A stretch of DNA of 64,000 nt from Aestuariirhabdus sp. Its GTDB lineage: Bacteria; Pseudomonadota; Gammaproteobacteria; Pseudomonadales; Aestuariirhabdaceae. Where the stretch lies: the NCBI GenBank assembly GCA_030622755.1, contig JAUXFT010000003.1, positions 2,118-66,117 on the forward strand. Direction: 5' to 3'. The notes below the pieces were generated by a model. It made no database searches and was not told the origin of the DNA. It saw nothing but the letters and a program-made list of their open reading frames with translations. Both the position numbers and the translations under genes were made by a program. Numbering within the stretch: the stretch's first letter is position 1; the number at the start of each line of letters is the position of its first letter. This document shows, one piece after another, positions 23,169 through 34,654 of this stretch.

Positions 23169-24542
23169 CTACTCACCACCAACAGTCATCCCCTCAACAA
23201 GAATTGAACCGCTCTGAATGTTACCCCGACGGTCGACATCATTGCCCACTGCAACGATATTGGCAAACATCTCTTTGAGATTACCCGCTATGGTTATTCC
23301 AGAAACCGGATACTGAATGACGCCATTCTCAACCCAAAAGCCACTTGCACCTCTTGAGTAATCGCCGGTCACAAGGTTAACCCCTTGTCCCATCAACTCA
23401 GTAACAAGCACACCGTTCCTCATCAACTGCAACAACCCCGCTGAATCGTAACCACCATCCGATATCCGCAAATTATGAACTCCACCGGCATTCGCAGTGC
23501 TTGTCATCCCCAGCTTACGCGCCGAATATACGCCCAACAAATAGCTACAAAGCACCCCCTCCCTGACAAAATGCTTATCGATAGTTGGTAGACCGTCATT
23601 ATCAAAAGCGGCACTACCCATTCCCCTGATTAGTCGTGGGGTTTCGAAAATATTGATGAAATCCGGGAACAATGGCTTATTCAGGGCATCCAGCAAAAAG
23701 GAAGACTGCCGATAGAGACTGGAACCGCTAATTGCACCCAGCAAATGAGAAAGTAACCCTCCTGCAATTTCGGCGGCAAACAATACTGGTATCTTTGCTG
23801 TTTTCAGTGTGCGTGGGTCAAGACGCTGCTCCGTTCTCTGGGCGGCTTTTGCACCTACCATTTCCGGACTTTCCAACCCTTGCGCATCACGGGATACACT
23901 GTACCAGTAATCCCGCTGCATCTGCTCATTCTCGCCCGCAATTAACACACAACTCAGACTTGAACGGCTGGCCAGAGAGCTTCCTATGAAACCTTGACTG
24001 TTGCCGTAGACACGACAGCTCTGATGACTCGAAATACTCGCACCTTCGGAGTTAGTAATTTTTTCTGATGCTGAAAATCCGGATTCCTCACACTGCAATG
24101 CAATAGCAACCGCTTCATCCACCTCAACATTCCAGGGGTGAAACAGGTCCAGATCAGGAAGATCCCTGGCCATACATTCTTTATCCGCTAACCCGGAACA
24201 AGGATCTTCTGAAGTGTAACGAGCAATATTACTGGCAGCAGCCACAGTATCCACAATTGCTTGTTTGCTACTATCAGACGTGCTCGCCGACCCTTTGCGT
24301 TGCCCGTAGTAAAGAGTAATCCCAAACCCTTGATCACGATTAAACTCAACCGTCTCTAATTCGCCTTGACGCACGCTGGCGTTCAGGCCGCTTTCCAGGC
24401 TAATTCCAACCTCAGCGCCACTCGCACCTTGTTTACGTGCTTCTGCGAGAATGTCTTCCACCACCTGCTCCAGGCGCTGCTGCTCTTGATGAAAATCAAG
24501 CTGTTTGTCTGTTTCAGGAGGTTGGGGCATTGGTCTGGTCAC
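23169..24542 (-). CDS. pmbA: Metalloprotease PmbA (TldE)
   Basis: VEFNRD, MQRDYWY, GQGVNLVTGDYSRGA. Confidence 0.95.
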   Translation of the reverse strand: MTRPMPQPPETDKQLDFHQEQQRLEQVVEDILAEARKQGASGAEVGISLESGLNASVRQGELETVEFNRDQGFGITLYYGQRKGSASTSDSSKQAIVDTVAAASNIARYTSEDPCSGLADKECMARDLPDLDLFHPWNVEVDEAVAIALQCEESGFSASEKITNSEGASISSHQSCRVYGNSQGFIGSSLASRSSLSCVLIAGENEQMQRDYWYSVSRDAQGLESPEMVGAKAAQRTEQRLDPRTLKTAKIPVLFAAEIAGGLLSHLLGAISGSSLYRQSSFLLDALNKPLFPDFINIFETPRLIRGMGSAAFDNDGLPTIDKHFVREGVLCSYLLGVYSARKLGMTSTANAGGVHNLRISDGGYDSAGLLQLMRNGVLVTELMGQGVNLVTGDYSRGASGFWVENGVIQYPVSGITIAGNLKEMFANIVAVGNDVDRRGNIQSGSILVEGMTVGGE

Positions 24543-24660
24543 TTTCTGTAAGTTGGTAAACTATTCTACCCTCAGTTGAAAGCCTGCGCCAAACAGACAA
24601 TTTGAGATAAACTGTTTACAATAGCCCGCTGAACTATTCACTATAGATACTTCTTTTCCT

Positions 24661-25188
24661 ATGCCTAGAGATAAACAGCCAACTGAACTCCCCGAAGAAG
24701 AGCTCAAAAGCAAAACCCAGATCAAGCAAGAGATGCATGACCTGCAGGATTTAGGAAGGCGACTACTCGAACTAAAACCTTCGGTAATGGCTGCATTGCC
24801 GATCACGGAACGGCTACGCCTTGCGCTGGAAGAAACCAGACGCATTAAAAGCAACAATGCGCGTAAACGTCATATGCAATTTATTGGCAAGCTGATGCGC
24901 GACCAGGAGCTTGAACTATTACTGCAAGCCGTGGATCGCCAGGATACCAGCAGCACCGAATACAACCGCATTTTCCACCAATTGGAGAAGTGGCGTGACC
25001 GCCTGATTAACGAAGATAAAGAAGCCCTCTCCGACTATCTTGCTGATCAACCAGGGGCTGATGTACAACACTTGCGCCAACTGATACGCAACGCCAAAAA
25101 AGAATTAAAAGAGGAAAAACCTCCCACGTATAGCCGTAAACTTTTTCGCTACCTGCGGGAACTTGCCGAGCTGAAAGAAAAAACTTAA
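24661..25188 (+). CDS. yjgA: Ribosome biogenesis factor YjgA (DarP)
   Basis: SKTQIK, RHMQFIGKLMR, LEKWRDRL, RKLFRYL. Confidence 0.94.
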   Translation: MPRDKQPTELPEEELKSKTQIKQEMHDLQDLGRRLLELKPSVMAALPITERLRLALEETRRIKSNNARKRHMQFIGKLMRDQELELLLQAVDRQDTSSTEYNRIFHQLEKWRDRLINEDKEALSDYLADQPGADVQHLRQLIRNAKKELKEEKPPTYSRKLFRYLRELAELKEKT

Positions 25189-25215
25189 AGACTCGTTAAT
25201 GGGGATACCAAGGTA

Positions 25216-25590
25216 ATGATCAAACTGGTTCTGTGTCTACGCAAAAAATCCGGCATCGACGAACTTATTTTCCGCGAATACTGGAACAATGAGTTTGATA
25301 GTTTTGTGCGCCATGCTGGAAATGAGTTGCAAAGCAAACGAATTGCAAAAAGTCTCACCCTGCACATTGATGCTAACGAGGTAATGCAACAACGACAAAA
25401 TTCCATGAATGCCTTCGATGGAATGATTGAATTTTGGCTCGACGAGCCATACAAAGGCTTCTCCCAAACCTACACCGATAAGTGGAAAGAACAGGTCGAT
25501 GAGGTATTCAGAAGTCAGCAGTCCATTCTGGATATGCAGCAATCAACCCTGTTTTTTGTCGAGGAAAAAATCATTGTCGAAGCGCAATAA
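25216..25590 (+). CDS. EthD-like (dimeric alpha/beta barrel) protein, divergent
   Basis: MIKLVLCLRKKSG..F..YW and FDGMIEFW resemble the EthD pattern. Confidence 0.6.
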   Translation: MIKLVLCLRKKSGIDELIFREYWNNEFDSFVRHAGNELQSKRIAKSLTLHIDANEVMQQRQNSMNAFDGMIEFWLDEPYKGFSQTYTDKWKEQVDEVFRSQQSILDMQQSTLFFVEEKIIVEAQ

Positions 25591-25623
25591 GAAGCGTCAT
25601 AAATTAGTCACAACGACTGACGA

Positions 25624-27063
25624 TTAGCCCGTCCCACCGACCGTCAGCTCGTCTATTTTTAAAGTCGGTTGACCAACACCTACGGGTACCGACTGCCCAT
25701 CCTTACCGCAAATACCTATCCCCGTATCCAGTTCCAGGTTGTTTCCTACCATACTTACTCGATTCATCGCTTCAGGGCCGCTACCAATCAGCGTCGCGCC
25801 TTTGATCGGAGTCGTTATCTTCCCGTTCTCAATCAAATAGGCTTCGCTGGTTGAAAATACAAATTTTCCGGATGTGATATCAACCTGACCTCCTCCCAAA
25901 CTTGCGGCGTAGATACCACGATCTACCGAAGCAATAATTTCTTCGGGATCACTTTCACCGGCCAGCATATAGGTATTGGTCATGCGCGGCATAGGAAGAT
26001 GGGAGTACGATTCCCGGCGACCGTTGCCAGTTGAACGAACTCCACTCAGCCGAGCATTCAGCTTGTCTTGTATATAACCCTTAAGAACACCATTTTCTAT
26101 TAATGTAGTGCATTCGGTCGGCGTTCCTTCATCGTCCATATTTAACGATCCACGACGCCCGGGGAGCGTGCCATCATCAACAATAGTGCACAGCGAGGAC
26201 GCAACCTGCTCGCCGACTCGACCGGAATACGCGGAACTACCTTTGCGGTTAAAATCACCTTCCAGGCCATGCCCGACCGCCTCGTGAAGTAAAACTCCCG
26301 ACCAGCCCGGCCCAAGCACTACCGGCATCGTTCCAGCTGGCGCAGCTATCGCCTCCAGGTTAACAAGCGCCTGGCGAACCGCTTCACGAGCGTAGTCAGA
26401 AGCCAGATCCGGCTGCATAAAGAGCTCATAACTGCTTCGACCACCACCCCCACTGGACCCTCTCTCCCTTCGTCCATTCTGTTCAGCAATGACACTCACA
26501 TTAAGACGCACTAAAGGTCTGACATCCGCAGCAAGGGTACCGTCTCCACCCATCACAAGTACGGTCTCAAATACACCAGATAATCCAACCGTTACCTGTT
26601 TGATGCGAGGGTCAATGGCGCGAGCTTCCGCATCGAGCCTTTTCAATAGATCAACTTTATCCTGCTGGGCCAGGCTATTAAGAGGATTCACCGGTTGATA
26701 TAAATCTAATATTGCCGATCTATTCCAGGCAGATATTCGACGCTCCTGACCTTGATTGGTAATACTGCGAGCGGCAGAAGCAGCCTGTTTTAGTGCAGGT
26801 AAAATAATTTCGTTGGAATACGCAAATCCGGTTTTTTCACCACTAATAGCACGCACACCCACACCACTATCAACATTGAAACTACCCTCACGGACAATGC
26901 CATCATCGAGAACCCACGACTCATGTCGAGAACTCTGGAAATACAGATCGGCAGCGTCAACATTGCGACCCAGCATACTGTTTAATACATCCTGCAGATT
27001 ATTCTCCGATAAGCCTGCAGGCAACAATAATTGCTCTTTTGCAATGTCCAGAATGTCAGTCAT
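25624..27063 (-). CDS. tldD: Metalloprotease TldD
   Basis: [28 protein letters not shown]. Confidence 0.97.
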   Translation of the reverse strand: MTDILDIAKEQLLLPAGLSENNLQDVLNSMLGRNVDAADLYFQSSRHESWVLDDGIVREGSFNVDSGVGVRAISGEKTGFAYSNEIILPALKQAASAARSITNQGQERRISAWNRSAILDLYQPVNPLNSLAQQDKVDLLKRLDAEARAIDPRIKQVTVGLSGVFETVLVMGGDGTLAADVRPLVRLNVSVIAEQNGRRERGSSGGGGRSSYELFMQPDLASDYAREAVRQALVNLEAIAAPAGTMPVVLGPGWSGVLLHEAVGHGLEGDFNRKGSSAYSGRVGEQVASSLCTIVDDGTLPGRRGSLNMDDEGTPTECTTLIENGVLKGYIQDKLNARLSGVRSTGNGRRESYSHLPMPRMTNTYMLAGESDPEEIIASVDRGIYAASLGGGQVDITSGKFVFSTSEAYLIENGKITTPIKGATLIGSGPEAMNRVSMVGNNLELDTGIGICGKDGQSVPVGVGQPTLKIDELTVGGTG

Positions 27064-27075
27064 AGTATGGCTCGA

Positions 27076-27945
27076 TTACTCATCGGTTAGAGGCTGTCCA
27101 TTTAACCAGATCGGCAGGGAATACCAGGTCCCCGATAATTTATGATGCTGCAGGCTTGGGATCGATTCTCGAGCCCTGTCTAATTCAGTACTGTCCAATT
27201 TCACAACCAGCACCCGTGGAACCTCAGCGGCACTCGTCACCACTTGACCCCAGGGGTTTACGACCATGGAGTGCCCCCATGTTTTTCGTTGTCCATGTGA
27301 GCCACATTGATTTGCTGCTATTACAAAAGCGCCGTTCTCTATAGCTCGAGCCCTTAGTAAAACCTTCCAATGAGCACTACCAGTTACCGCGGTAAATGCT
27401 GATGGCAAGAAAAATAGCTCGGCGCCACTCAGGGCGAGGACTTTAAACAACTCAGGAAAACGCAGATCGTAGCAAATCAGTGGTGCAATCCGCCCCCAGG
27501 GAGTATCAATCAGAGCGGTATGCTTGCCGGGTTGGTAATCCCTGGATTCCCGATATTGTCCGGTATCGTCAGCAACGCTGACATCAAACAGGTGAATCTT
27601 GTCATAGTAACTCACCTCTCGCCCCTGACTGTCAAATACCAGGCAGCGGGAGCATACGCGATCATCATCGGGATCACCACCCGTCACGGGAATCGTCCCA
27701 GCGATCAGCCAAACACCCAGTGACTGACTAAGCTCAGACAACCAGCCTTCAATCTTCAACCTTTGCAACTGTTCGAGCAATCCCTGTAATCCACCATCGC
27801 CGTAACTGGCGAAACACTCAGGTAAAACCACTAGCTGGGCGCCCTGCTCGACGGCTTCAGTTATTCCGCGTTGAGCCTGCTGCAAATTACTCTCAACACT
27901 TGCCCCTGAGTTAAGCTGGACAATTCCAACACAGACACTTTTCAT
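27076..27945 (-). CDS. Carbon-nitrogen hydrolase (Nit1/deaminated glutathione amidase-like)
   Basis: E-K-C triad: LPECF, YDKIHLFD, ICYDLRFPE; RAIEN. Confidence 0.92.
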   Translation of the reverse strand: MKSVCVGIVQLNSGASVESNLQQAQRGITEAVEQGAQLVVLPECFASYGDGGLQGLLEQLQRLKIEGWLSELSQSLGVWLIAGTIPVTGGDPDDDRVCSRCLVFDSQGREVSYYDKIHLFDVSVADDTGQYRESRDYQPGKHTALIDTPWGRIAPLICYDLRFPELFKVLALSGAELFFLPSAFTAVTGSAHWKVLLRARAIENGAFVIAANQCGSHGQRKTWGHSMVVNPWGQVVTSAAEVPRVLVVKLDSTELDRARESIPSLQHHKLSGTWYSLPIWLNGQPLTDE

Positions 27946-27986
27946 AATGATCCATTGATACCAATCTTCGGCAAACTACTAACCGT

Positions 27987-30900
27987 CTATTGCCGACCAA
28001 ATAAACGGTCCATCGTAATTTCCGGATTATCCGCATTGCCTTTAATAATATATTTCACGCTGGCAAACTTTTGAATTTCATCCCCCAACAACTGATCGAA
28101 AACCAACATCGCACCACCAAATATCGGATTCACAAATACCAGACCCAATATTGGCAAAGTTGAAGTCACGGGCAACGTCACGACAAGCTCTGCATCGATG
28201 ACGTTTTGATTAGCGTCCAGACTGCCAGTGAATTTAAAATCAGAACCAGTCCCTTCCACCAGCATGTGCTCATTTGTAGTCAAAACTCCATTATCAAACT
28301 TAAATGGAATCGTTGTACGATCGAATGAAATGCCATCGGAAAACAGATCAGAGAAATCCAAACTCAGGCGGCGGGAAATATTGTTTATGTTCAACACCCC
28401 CAATACCCGTAATGCTCTGGTAGATTGCCCGGTATCAACAAACTGACCATCAATCAGCTCACCATTGAGCGTCCCCTCAAGATTACTCTGCGATATAGCT
28501 GCGGGGCTGCCCGCCCAATTCAAATCGTACTGAAAACTGCCACTTTTACTTTCAATAAATGACGGGTAATGCCAACGATTTAAAACATCCGCCATATTTT
28601 CCAGCGATAAATCACCCTTCACATAGGTGCGGTGGATACCATTGCTATACGCCCAGCTTAGATCACCCTTAATATCTGTGGCGCGTATGCGTCCAGCGAC
28701 ATTGAAAGCGTGCAAACCCTCTTCATAAGGGCGAAGGTTAGCAGCGATATTGCCCCAGATATCTTCACCAAACTTCAACTCATCGATGGTGATATTCATA
28801 TTGGGAACTTGTCGTGGATCAAACTCTTGCAAGGGGTCCGGTTCCAGCTCAGTATTTATGGGTGCAGGCTGCGATACCAGCTCCTCATCATCCACCTCGC
28901 CCACCGCCTCCAAATGCGATACACCTTCATCCAACGCCTCAAGATGAATATGTTTCACATGCACTTCATACAGCGAATCAGCAACCTTCTGCCGAACGGT
29001 TCCTGCAATGACTGGTGAGGATATATCGAGTACACGTAGCGTCTCATTGATCTCACCGTTCAGTTGAAGCTGTGCAATCTGTTGATCATAGGCATCCAGT
29101 TGATCAATAGTAAGGTTATCAATTAACACGGAGTATGAACCGGTATCACCCCCTGATTGTTTTTCTTCACCAAAGCTTTGTATCGCCCAATCGACCCAGG
29201 GCTTGAGTATGAGTTCTTCAATATGGCCTTGCACCCGAATTACTGAACCAACCTTCGCCTTGGCCGCCGCCCCCCCCAGGGACAGGTTAGCGCCATGTAT
29301 CTGCCCATCTCTGGAAATCAATCGCCAATCGAGCACTTTGCCATAATGTCCGGTGTAGGTAGTTTGATCAATCTGCTGGATATCGGTTGCCAATTGCAAA
29401 CGAAATGGACGTACCGATTGTTTCTCTTTTCCAACAGGTTGAGGCATCAACACCTCCACACCTTGCAAGGGGGATTCAACAACCAAGGTTACTTCCGACC
29501 CCGATGGTTGCTGGTTGATCACCAGATTACCTTTATAAGTAGTCTCGCCCGACGCTACATCACGGGCCATATCCATAGAAGCAGGATCCGCTCCCAAAGC
29601 CTCAGTAAACCAGTCGTAGAGATTATCCAGCGCTATATTTCCATCGACCAGAAACTGCACCACATCCGGAGCCCCTTTGTTGGCCACGGCTTGTACGTTG
29701 GCTTTCCCGCCCAGCAAAGTCACTGCCATGGGGTCACTGTATAATCCTTTGGCAGAATCATAGTTCAGCACACCGGTTAAATTTTCCAATTGCAGTTGCT
29801 CTCGCTGCAAAAAAAACCGGTTATTATCGAACGCAATTCCAACCTGGTATCTATCTTCGCCAGGACCCAGTGGAATCGTCAGGTTCAGCCCGACCTTAAT
29901 ATCACCACCCAACTGCCAAAACTCGGCTTCTCCACCCAGGGTTTCGTTGATAGGACTTTCCCGAAGTAAACGCATGGCAGAAGCACTGTTACTGAGCGCG
30001 GTACCTTGTACGCTCAAAACCGGCGAGGTATCACCAGGGCTGGCAGGAATGTGTACGGCAAGCTCTGCTATCTGTGCTCCCCAGACTTCCCCTTCGGTAG
30101 CATCAACCCGAACTTCATCATCATTAATAACCACCAGGGCTGTGACATTTTCAGCATTCGGCCAATCATCAACATAATGGACATCGGCTTGTTCAAGATT
30201 GAAAAACAGTCCAATGGTAAAATCGTTAACTTCCTCGGTATCTTCCAGCGCGCCATTCATAATGAATGAGCCCTGATTAAAGGTACCTGCAAGTAAACCC
30301 TTATCGAGCCAACTCACTACCTCTTTACTCAGTCCGCTTTCACCCACCGGAATATACTTACCCGCGTAACGCACGTCTCCATTGCTAATGCCTGCTTGCA
30401 ACCCCATGGTAACCGGGCGTTCATCAAACGGAATATCCAACCTGAACTGACCGTGAACTTCGCCCTCATCACCCACAAGGAGAATGTTTTCTGTAATTAA
30501 AGAGTACTGGTTATCTGCAATCACCCAGTGTAAAAAACCACTGGCTTCACGGTAATGCCATGGTTCACGGAACAGCTTCAGTAAGCCTAAAGTAAACTCT
30601 TCGGAATCCAGCTGAAGATAACCGGATGCTTTCGACGCATGCACAATGCCATTTATTCCGTGCCCATATGGTGCTTCGCCCCAGGCATCAACAGACACAT
30701 CGCGTAAATGAGCAGTGACCTCAAAATCTTCTTGCCGGGGTAGATAACGAAATCTGATTTGCTCTAACCAACCAGAAGGGTTCAGGGTAGACAACACCCG
30801 TTGCGGCATGCCCGACAAAACTTCTCCTCTCAGCAAAATATTTTTAATCAAAGCCAGATCAAACCCTGGCGTCGTCACTTCGACCACCCCATCCGCTGAC

Positions 30901-31997
30901 CCTTCAATATAGATCTCGCTCTCGGGCCATTGATAGCCCTCCACCGTAAAAGCAATATCATTTAACCAAAGTTGCCACTGCTCCATGTCGCGATAACGAA
31001 GAGACACATCGATACTTAAATCAGAAATACTGTGTAGCTCTTCATCATCGGTTAATTCTATGTGGCCTATATCTGCGCTGCCGTTAAGTTCCCACTGCTC
31101 TCCATCCCAATTCAGCCAAAATTCAGGTTTAAGGTTAAGCGCCAGCAGTGGCGGTGATACTTGAGGCACCATATGCAGCCAGGGTGCAAACTCCAGCATG
31201 CTGCCATGCAAATAAGCATTTACCCGCAAGCTTTGCAGGCTATCGAACTCACCACCTATGATCGCCATCAAATACACGTCTTGCTGGAACCCGACCCTGC
31301 CACTCACATCAAGCTGAATGCGCCCATCGTCCAGGTCATAGAGATCAAACTGTAGTTTCTCAAGGCTTCGTGCCTGATTCTCAAAAGGTTGCAAGTGCAC
31401 GGTAGCATTGGTTACAGCAATATGATCCTGTCGTTCCACTAATTTCAAATAACGAACAAGGGCCAAGAGGTTCTCGTTGTCGGCTACTTCACTCGCTGAA
31501 CCACTGGCATCCATAGCATCGTTTGCAGCGCTGTCTTTATCGTCAGCAGAAGGGCTACTATCCGCTGTATTCTCAGACTCCCATCCCGTCAGCTGCCATC
31601 TGCCATCACTACTTTGATGCACATAAAGCTCAAGGCCGGATACGATCAACTCACGAAAAACCAGATCTCGTTTACGCAATGTCTGGAAAAAATCGAGCTC
31701 TACCGTAAGACTTTCAAGATGGAGACTGGAGCTAAAACCTGGCTCATTTGTGCCACTAAGAATATCTACGTGTCGAGCTACCAGAGCCGGGTCAAAGCCG
31801 CGAAAACTCCCCTCAATCTCTTCAACCCGAACACTGACACCTAACAGCTCCGAGAGATCCCGCTCAACAACAGAGCGATAGTCCTGCAACATAGGAAGCA
31901 ACATGCGCCCAGCCACGACGTAAGCTGCCAACAGTAATATCAATACAATAGTGATCTGTATCGCACGCTTATAAAAATGGATCGCCAGCTTCTTCAT
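27987..31997 (-). CDS. yhdP: AsmA-like phospholipid bridge YhdP
   Basis: 1336 aa, N-terminal TM, RRLSLDFSDLF; between rng and nit/tldD. Confidence 0.92.
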   Translation of the reverse strand: MKKLAIHFYKRAIQITIVLILLLAAYVVAGRMLLPMLQDYRSVVERDLSELLGVSVRVEEIEGSFRGFDPALVARHVDILSGTNEPGFSSSLHLESLTVELDFFQTLRKRDLVFRELIVSGLELYVHQSSDGRWQLTGWESENTADSSPSADDKDSAANDAMDASGSASEVADNENLLALVRYLKLVERQDHIAVTNATVHLQPFENQARSLEKLQFDLYDLDDGRIQLDVSGRVGFQQDVYLMAIIGGEFDSLQSLRVNAYLHGSMLEFAPWLHMVPQVSPPLLALNLKPEFWLNWDGEQWELNGSADIGHIELTDDEELHSISDLSIDVSLRYRDMEQWQLWLNDIAFTVEGYQWPESEIYIEGSADGVVEVTTPGFDLALIKNILLRGEVLSGMPQRVLSTLNPSGWLEQIRFRYLPRQEDFEVTAHLRDVSVDAWGEAPYGHGINGIVHASKASGYLQLDSEEFTLGLLKLFREPWHYREASGFLHWVIADNQYSLITENILLVGDEGEVHGQFRLDIPFDERPVTMGLQAGISNGDVRYAGKYIPVGESGLSKEVVSWLDKGLLAGTFNQGSFIMNGALEDTEEVNDFTIGLFFNLEQADVHYVDDWPNAENVTALVVINDDEVRVDATEGEVWGAQIAELAVHIPASPGDTSPVLSVQGTALSNSASAMRLLRESPINETLGGEAEFWQLGGDIKVGLNLTIPLGPGEDRYQVGIAFDNNRFFLQREQLQLENLTGVLNYDSAKGLYSDPMAVTLLGGKANVQAVANKGAPDVVQFLVDGNIALDNLYDWFTEALGADPASMDMARDVASGETTYKGNLVINQQPSGSEVTLVVESPLQGVEVLMPQPVGKEKQSVRPFRLQLATDIQQIDQTTYTGHYGKVLDWRLISRDGQIHGANLSLGGAAAKAKVGSVIRVQGHIEELILKPWVDWAIQSFGEEKQSGGDTGSYSVLIDNLTIDQLDAYDQQIAQLQLNGEINETLRVLDISSPVIAGTVRQKVADSLYEVHVKHIHLEALDEGVSHLEAVGEVDDEELVSQPAPINTELEPDPLQEFDPRQVPNMNITIDELKFGEDIWGNIAANLRPYEEGLHAFNVAGRIRATDIKGDLSWAYSNGIHRTYVKGDLSLENMADVLNRWHYPSFIESKSGSFQYDLNWAGSPAAISQSNLEGTLNGELIDGQFVDTGQSTRALRVLGVLNINNISRRLSLDFSDLFSDGISFDRTTIPFKFDNGVLTTNEHMLVEGTGSDFKFTGSLDANQNVIDAELVVTLPVTSTLPILGLVFVNPIFGGAMLVFDQLLGDEIQKFASVKYIIKGNADNPEITMDRLFGRQ

Positions 31998-32036
31998 GAC
32001 AAATGATTCATCCTATCAACGACCATCCAAACATCA

Positions 32037-33509
32037 TTACAACAGCACCACATCAAACTGTTCCTGCGTATACATTGGCTCCACCTGAAATCTGACAGGG
32101 CGATCAATAAATTCCTCCAGGTCCGCAATATTTCCCGATTCTTCATCAAGTAAACGATCCACCACAGATTGTGAAGCCAACACTAGATAGGACTCGCTAT
32201 CGTAAGCTCTGGCTTCCCGGAGAATTTCACGAAAAACTTCATAGCAAACGGTATCAGCTGTCTTTAATGTTCCACGCCCATCACAGGTCGGACAGGTTTC
32301 ACACAGGGTATGCTCGAGACTTTCGCGTGTTCTCTTACGAGTCATCTCGACCAGACCAAGCTCTGACACACCTGTAATATTAGTCTTGGCATGATCACGT
32401 TCCATTGATTTTTCCAGCGTGCGCAAAACTTGTCGCTGATGTTCGTTGTCTTCCATATCAATAAAATCAAGAATGATAATCCCGCCGAGGTTACGTAATC
32501 GTAACTGCCTGGCAATAGCGGTTGCAGCCTCAAGGTTAGTCTTAAAGATAGTTTCTTCCAGATTACGGTGCCCGACAAATCCACCCGTATTAACATCGAT
32601 AGTGGTCATCGCTTCTGTCTGGTCCAAAATCAAATATCCGCCAGACTTAAGTTGCACCTTACGACTCAGCGCTTTTTGTATTTCATCTTCGACACTGTAG
32701 AGATCGAAGATCGGGCGCTCACCGGGATAATACTCTACCCGCCCGGTAACTTCCGGTAGCAGTTTCTCAACAAAACGCTCCACTTTCTGAAATGTCTCTC
32801 GAGAATCAATGCGTATCTTTTCAATATCCGGTACAGCCAGATCTCTCAAAGTTCGCAAGTGTAATGGGAGATCTTCATAGACATTACCGGGCGCCTTGGT
32901 ACTTTTAATCGCCTCGGATATAGTCTCCCAAAGCCTTTGCAAATACCGTACATCGGCAACAATTTCAGCCTCCCCAACACCTTCTGCAGCAGTGCGCAGA
33001 ATAAATCCTGCGTCCTCTGCCTCCGGCATACTCTCCAGCGCTGCTTCAACCAGGGACTTTAATCGTTCACGCTCTTCAGGTTGCTCGATTCGCAGGGATA
33101 TACCGACATGATTGGAATCGGGCATCAACACCAGATAGCGAGCGGGAATAGAGATATTGGTAGTCAGTCGTGCGCCTTTAGTGCCTAACGGATCCTTGGT
33201 GACCTGAACCACCAGAGACTGACCATCATGAACCAGTTGCTGGATAGGCAGGGCCTCTGCGTTATTGTTATCCCGCTCACCACGGCGACAGATCTCTCCA
33301 ACATGAATAAACGCAGCTCGCTCCAAGCCGATATCCACAAATGCGGCCTGCATGCCAGGCAAGACCCTGACCACCTTACCTTTGTAAATATTGCCTACAA
33401 TGCCCCTTTTCTGAGGGCGCTCAATGTAGACCTCTTGCAATACTCCATTTTCCACCACCGCCACCCGGGATTCCATCGGGGTGATGTTCATCAGAATCTC
33501 TTCGCTCAT
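32037..33509 (-). CDS. rng: Ribonuclease G
   Basis: MSEEILMNITP, GNIYKG, DVNTG, LRNLGGIII. Confidence 0.97.
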   Translation of the reverse strand: MSEEILMNITPMESRVAVVENGVLQEVYIERPQKRGIVGNIYKGKVVRVLPGMQAAFVDIGLERAAFIHVGEICRRGERDNNNAEALPIQQLVHDGQSLVVQVTKDPLGTKGARLTTNISIPARYLVLMPDSNHVGISLRIEQPEERERLKSLVEAALESMPEAEDAGFILRTAAEGVGEAEIVADVRYLQRLWETISEAIKSTKAPGNVYEDLPLHLRTLRDLAVPDIEKIRIDSRETFQKVERFVEKLLPEVTGRVEYYPGERPIFDLYSVEDEIQKALSRKVQLKSGGYLILDQTEAMTTIDVNTGGFVGHRNLEETIFKTNLEAATAIARQLRLRNLGGIIILDFIDMEDNEHQRQVLRTLEKSMERDHAKTNITGVSELGLVEMTRKRTRESLEHTLCETCPTCDGRGTLKTADTVCYEVFREILREARAYDSESYLVLASQSVVDRLLDEESGNIADLEEFIDRPVRFQVEPMYTQEQFDVVLL

Positions 33510-33537
33510 GAGCACACCAATAAATTTTAGTTATCTA

Positions 33538-34134
33538 CTAGTATACCCAATAGGGAACCCCAAACGCTTGCAGTAACTCAGTTGTTTCCGCTAAAGGTAG
33601 CCCGACAACTCCGCTATAACTTCCGGTAATTTCTCGAACAAAGACTGCTCCCAACCCCTGAATCCCATAACCACCTGCTTTATCCGCAGGCTCACCACTT
33701 TGCCAATAACGCAGAGCCTGCTCATCGGAAATGTCCGCAAAAACAACCCGGGTTCGACTAAGCCTGACTTCCATATGAGTATCCAGACACATTGCTACAG
33801 CACTCATCACCTCATGCTCGGATCCGGACAATCGACGTAGCATAGCGACAGCCTCATCCTGGTTCGACGGTTTACCCAAAATACTGGAACCTGACACCAC
33901 TGTAGTATCAGCACAGAGCACCGGCAATATCGGTAGATTCTGCCGCTCCACCTGACAGCGTGCGGCCACCGCCTTTTCTTTTGCCATACGGAGCACATAG
34001 GCCCCAGGTGATTCCCCGGCAAAAGGGGCCTCATCAATATCTACCGAGAATTGTTCGAAACAAACGCCTATTTGCGCAAGAAGTTCTTTGCGCCGCGGAG
34101 AACTGGACGCCAGATAAAGTGCCGCTGATGACAT
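33538..34134 (-). CDS. yhdE: Maf/YhdE nucleoside triphosphate pyrophosphatase
   Basis: LASSSPRR, ADTTV, DKAGGYGIQG, VVGLP. Confidence 0.94.
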   Translation of the reverse strand: MSSAALYLASSSPRRKELLAQIGVCFEQFSVDIDEAPFAGESPGAYVLRMAKEKAVAARCQVERQNLPILPVLCADTTVVSGSSILGKPSNQDEAVAMLRRLSGSEHEVMSAVAMCLDTHMEVRLSRTRVVFADISDEQALRYWQSGEPADKAGGYGIQGLGAVFVREITGSYSGVVGLPLAETTELLQAFGVPYWVY

Positions 34135-34165
34135 AATCACCCCAACAGGAATCTACAGATTGATG

Positions 34166-34654
34166 TTAGCGAATGCGATAACGCCGGCGAACATCACGAA
34201 GTATCACGAATAACCAGGGCCACAATACGGCGCTGACTACGGTCGGTACCAGGAAAGTAAAATCCGGAACCGTCTGCCCGGTCGCCGACTTAACCCAGAG
34301 ACCGATCATCTGGTACAAACCCACGACAACGAATACGAAAAACGATTGCTGTAATAATGGAAACATCCGCATGCGTCGATGCAGGTTGATCATAATGTAC
34401 GCCACCACAACCATGCCGAGTGCATTCTGCCCGAGTAGAGTCCCCTGCATCACGTCCAGCATTAATCCTGCACACCAGGCCCAGCCAACCCCAATTCGCT
34501 CAGGAAGTGCCAGAATCCAGTAAACCACCACCATCACCAACCATTCAGGACGAGCGAACTGGCTCCATCCTGGCATCGGTAATACCGCCAGTAACAACGC
34601 GACCAGGAAAGTAATAAAAATAATTCCGCCACCATGTGACTGTTGATTACTCAT
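34166..34654 (-). CDS. mreD: Rod shape protein MreD
   Basis: RPEW...YW, GTLLGQNAL, LRDVRRRY; start MSNQQ at 34654. Confidence 0.94.
   Translation of the reverse strand: MSNQQSHGGGIIFITFLVALLLAVLPMPGWSQFARPEWLVMVVVYWILALPERIGVGWAWCAGLMLDVMQGTLLGQNALGMVVVAYIMINLHRRMRMFPLLQQSFFVFVVVGLYQMIGLWVKSATGQTVPDFTFLVPTVVSAVLWPWLFVILRDVRRRYRIR

Noticed and set aside
29268-29818. C8 and A8 homopolymers in yhdP as phase-variation tracts
   Set aside because: Short tracts, the frame is intact, and the gene is housekeeping
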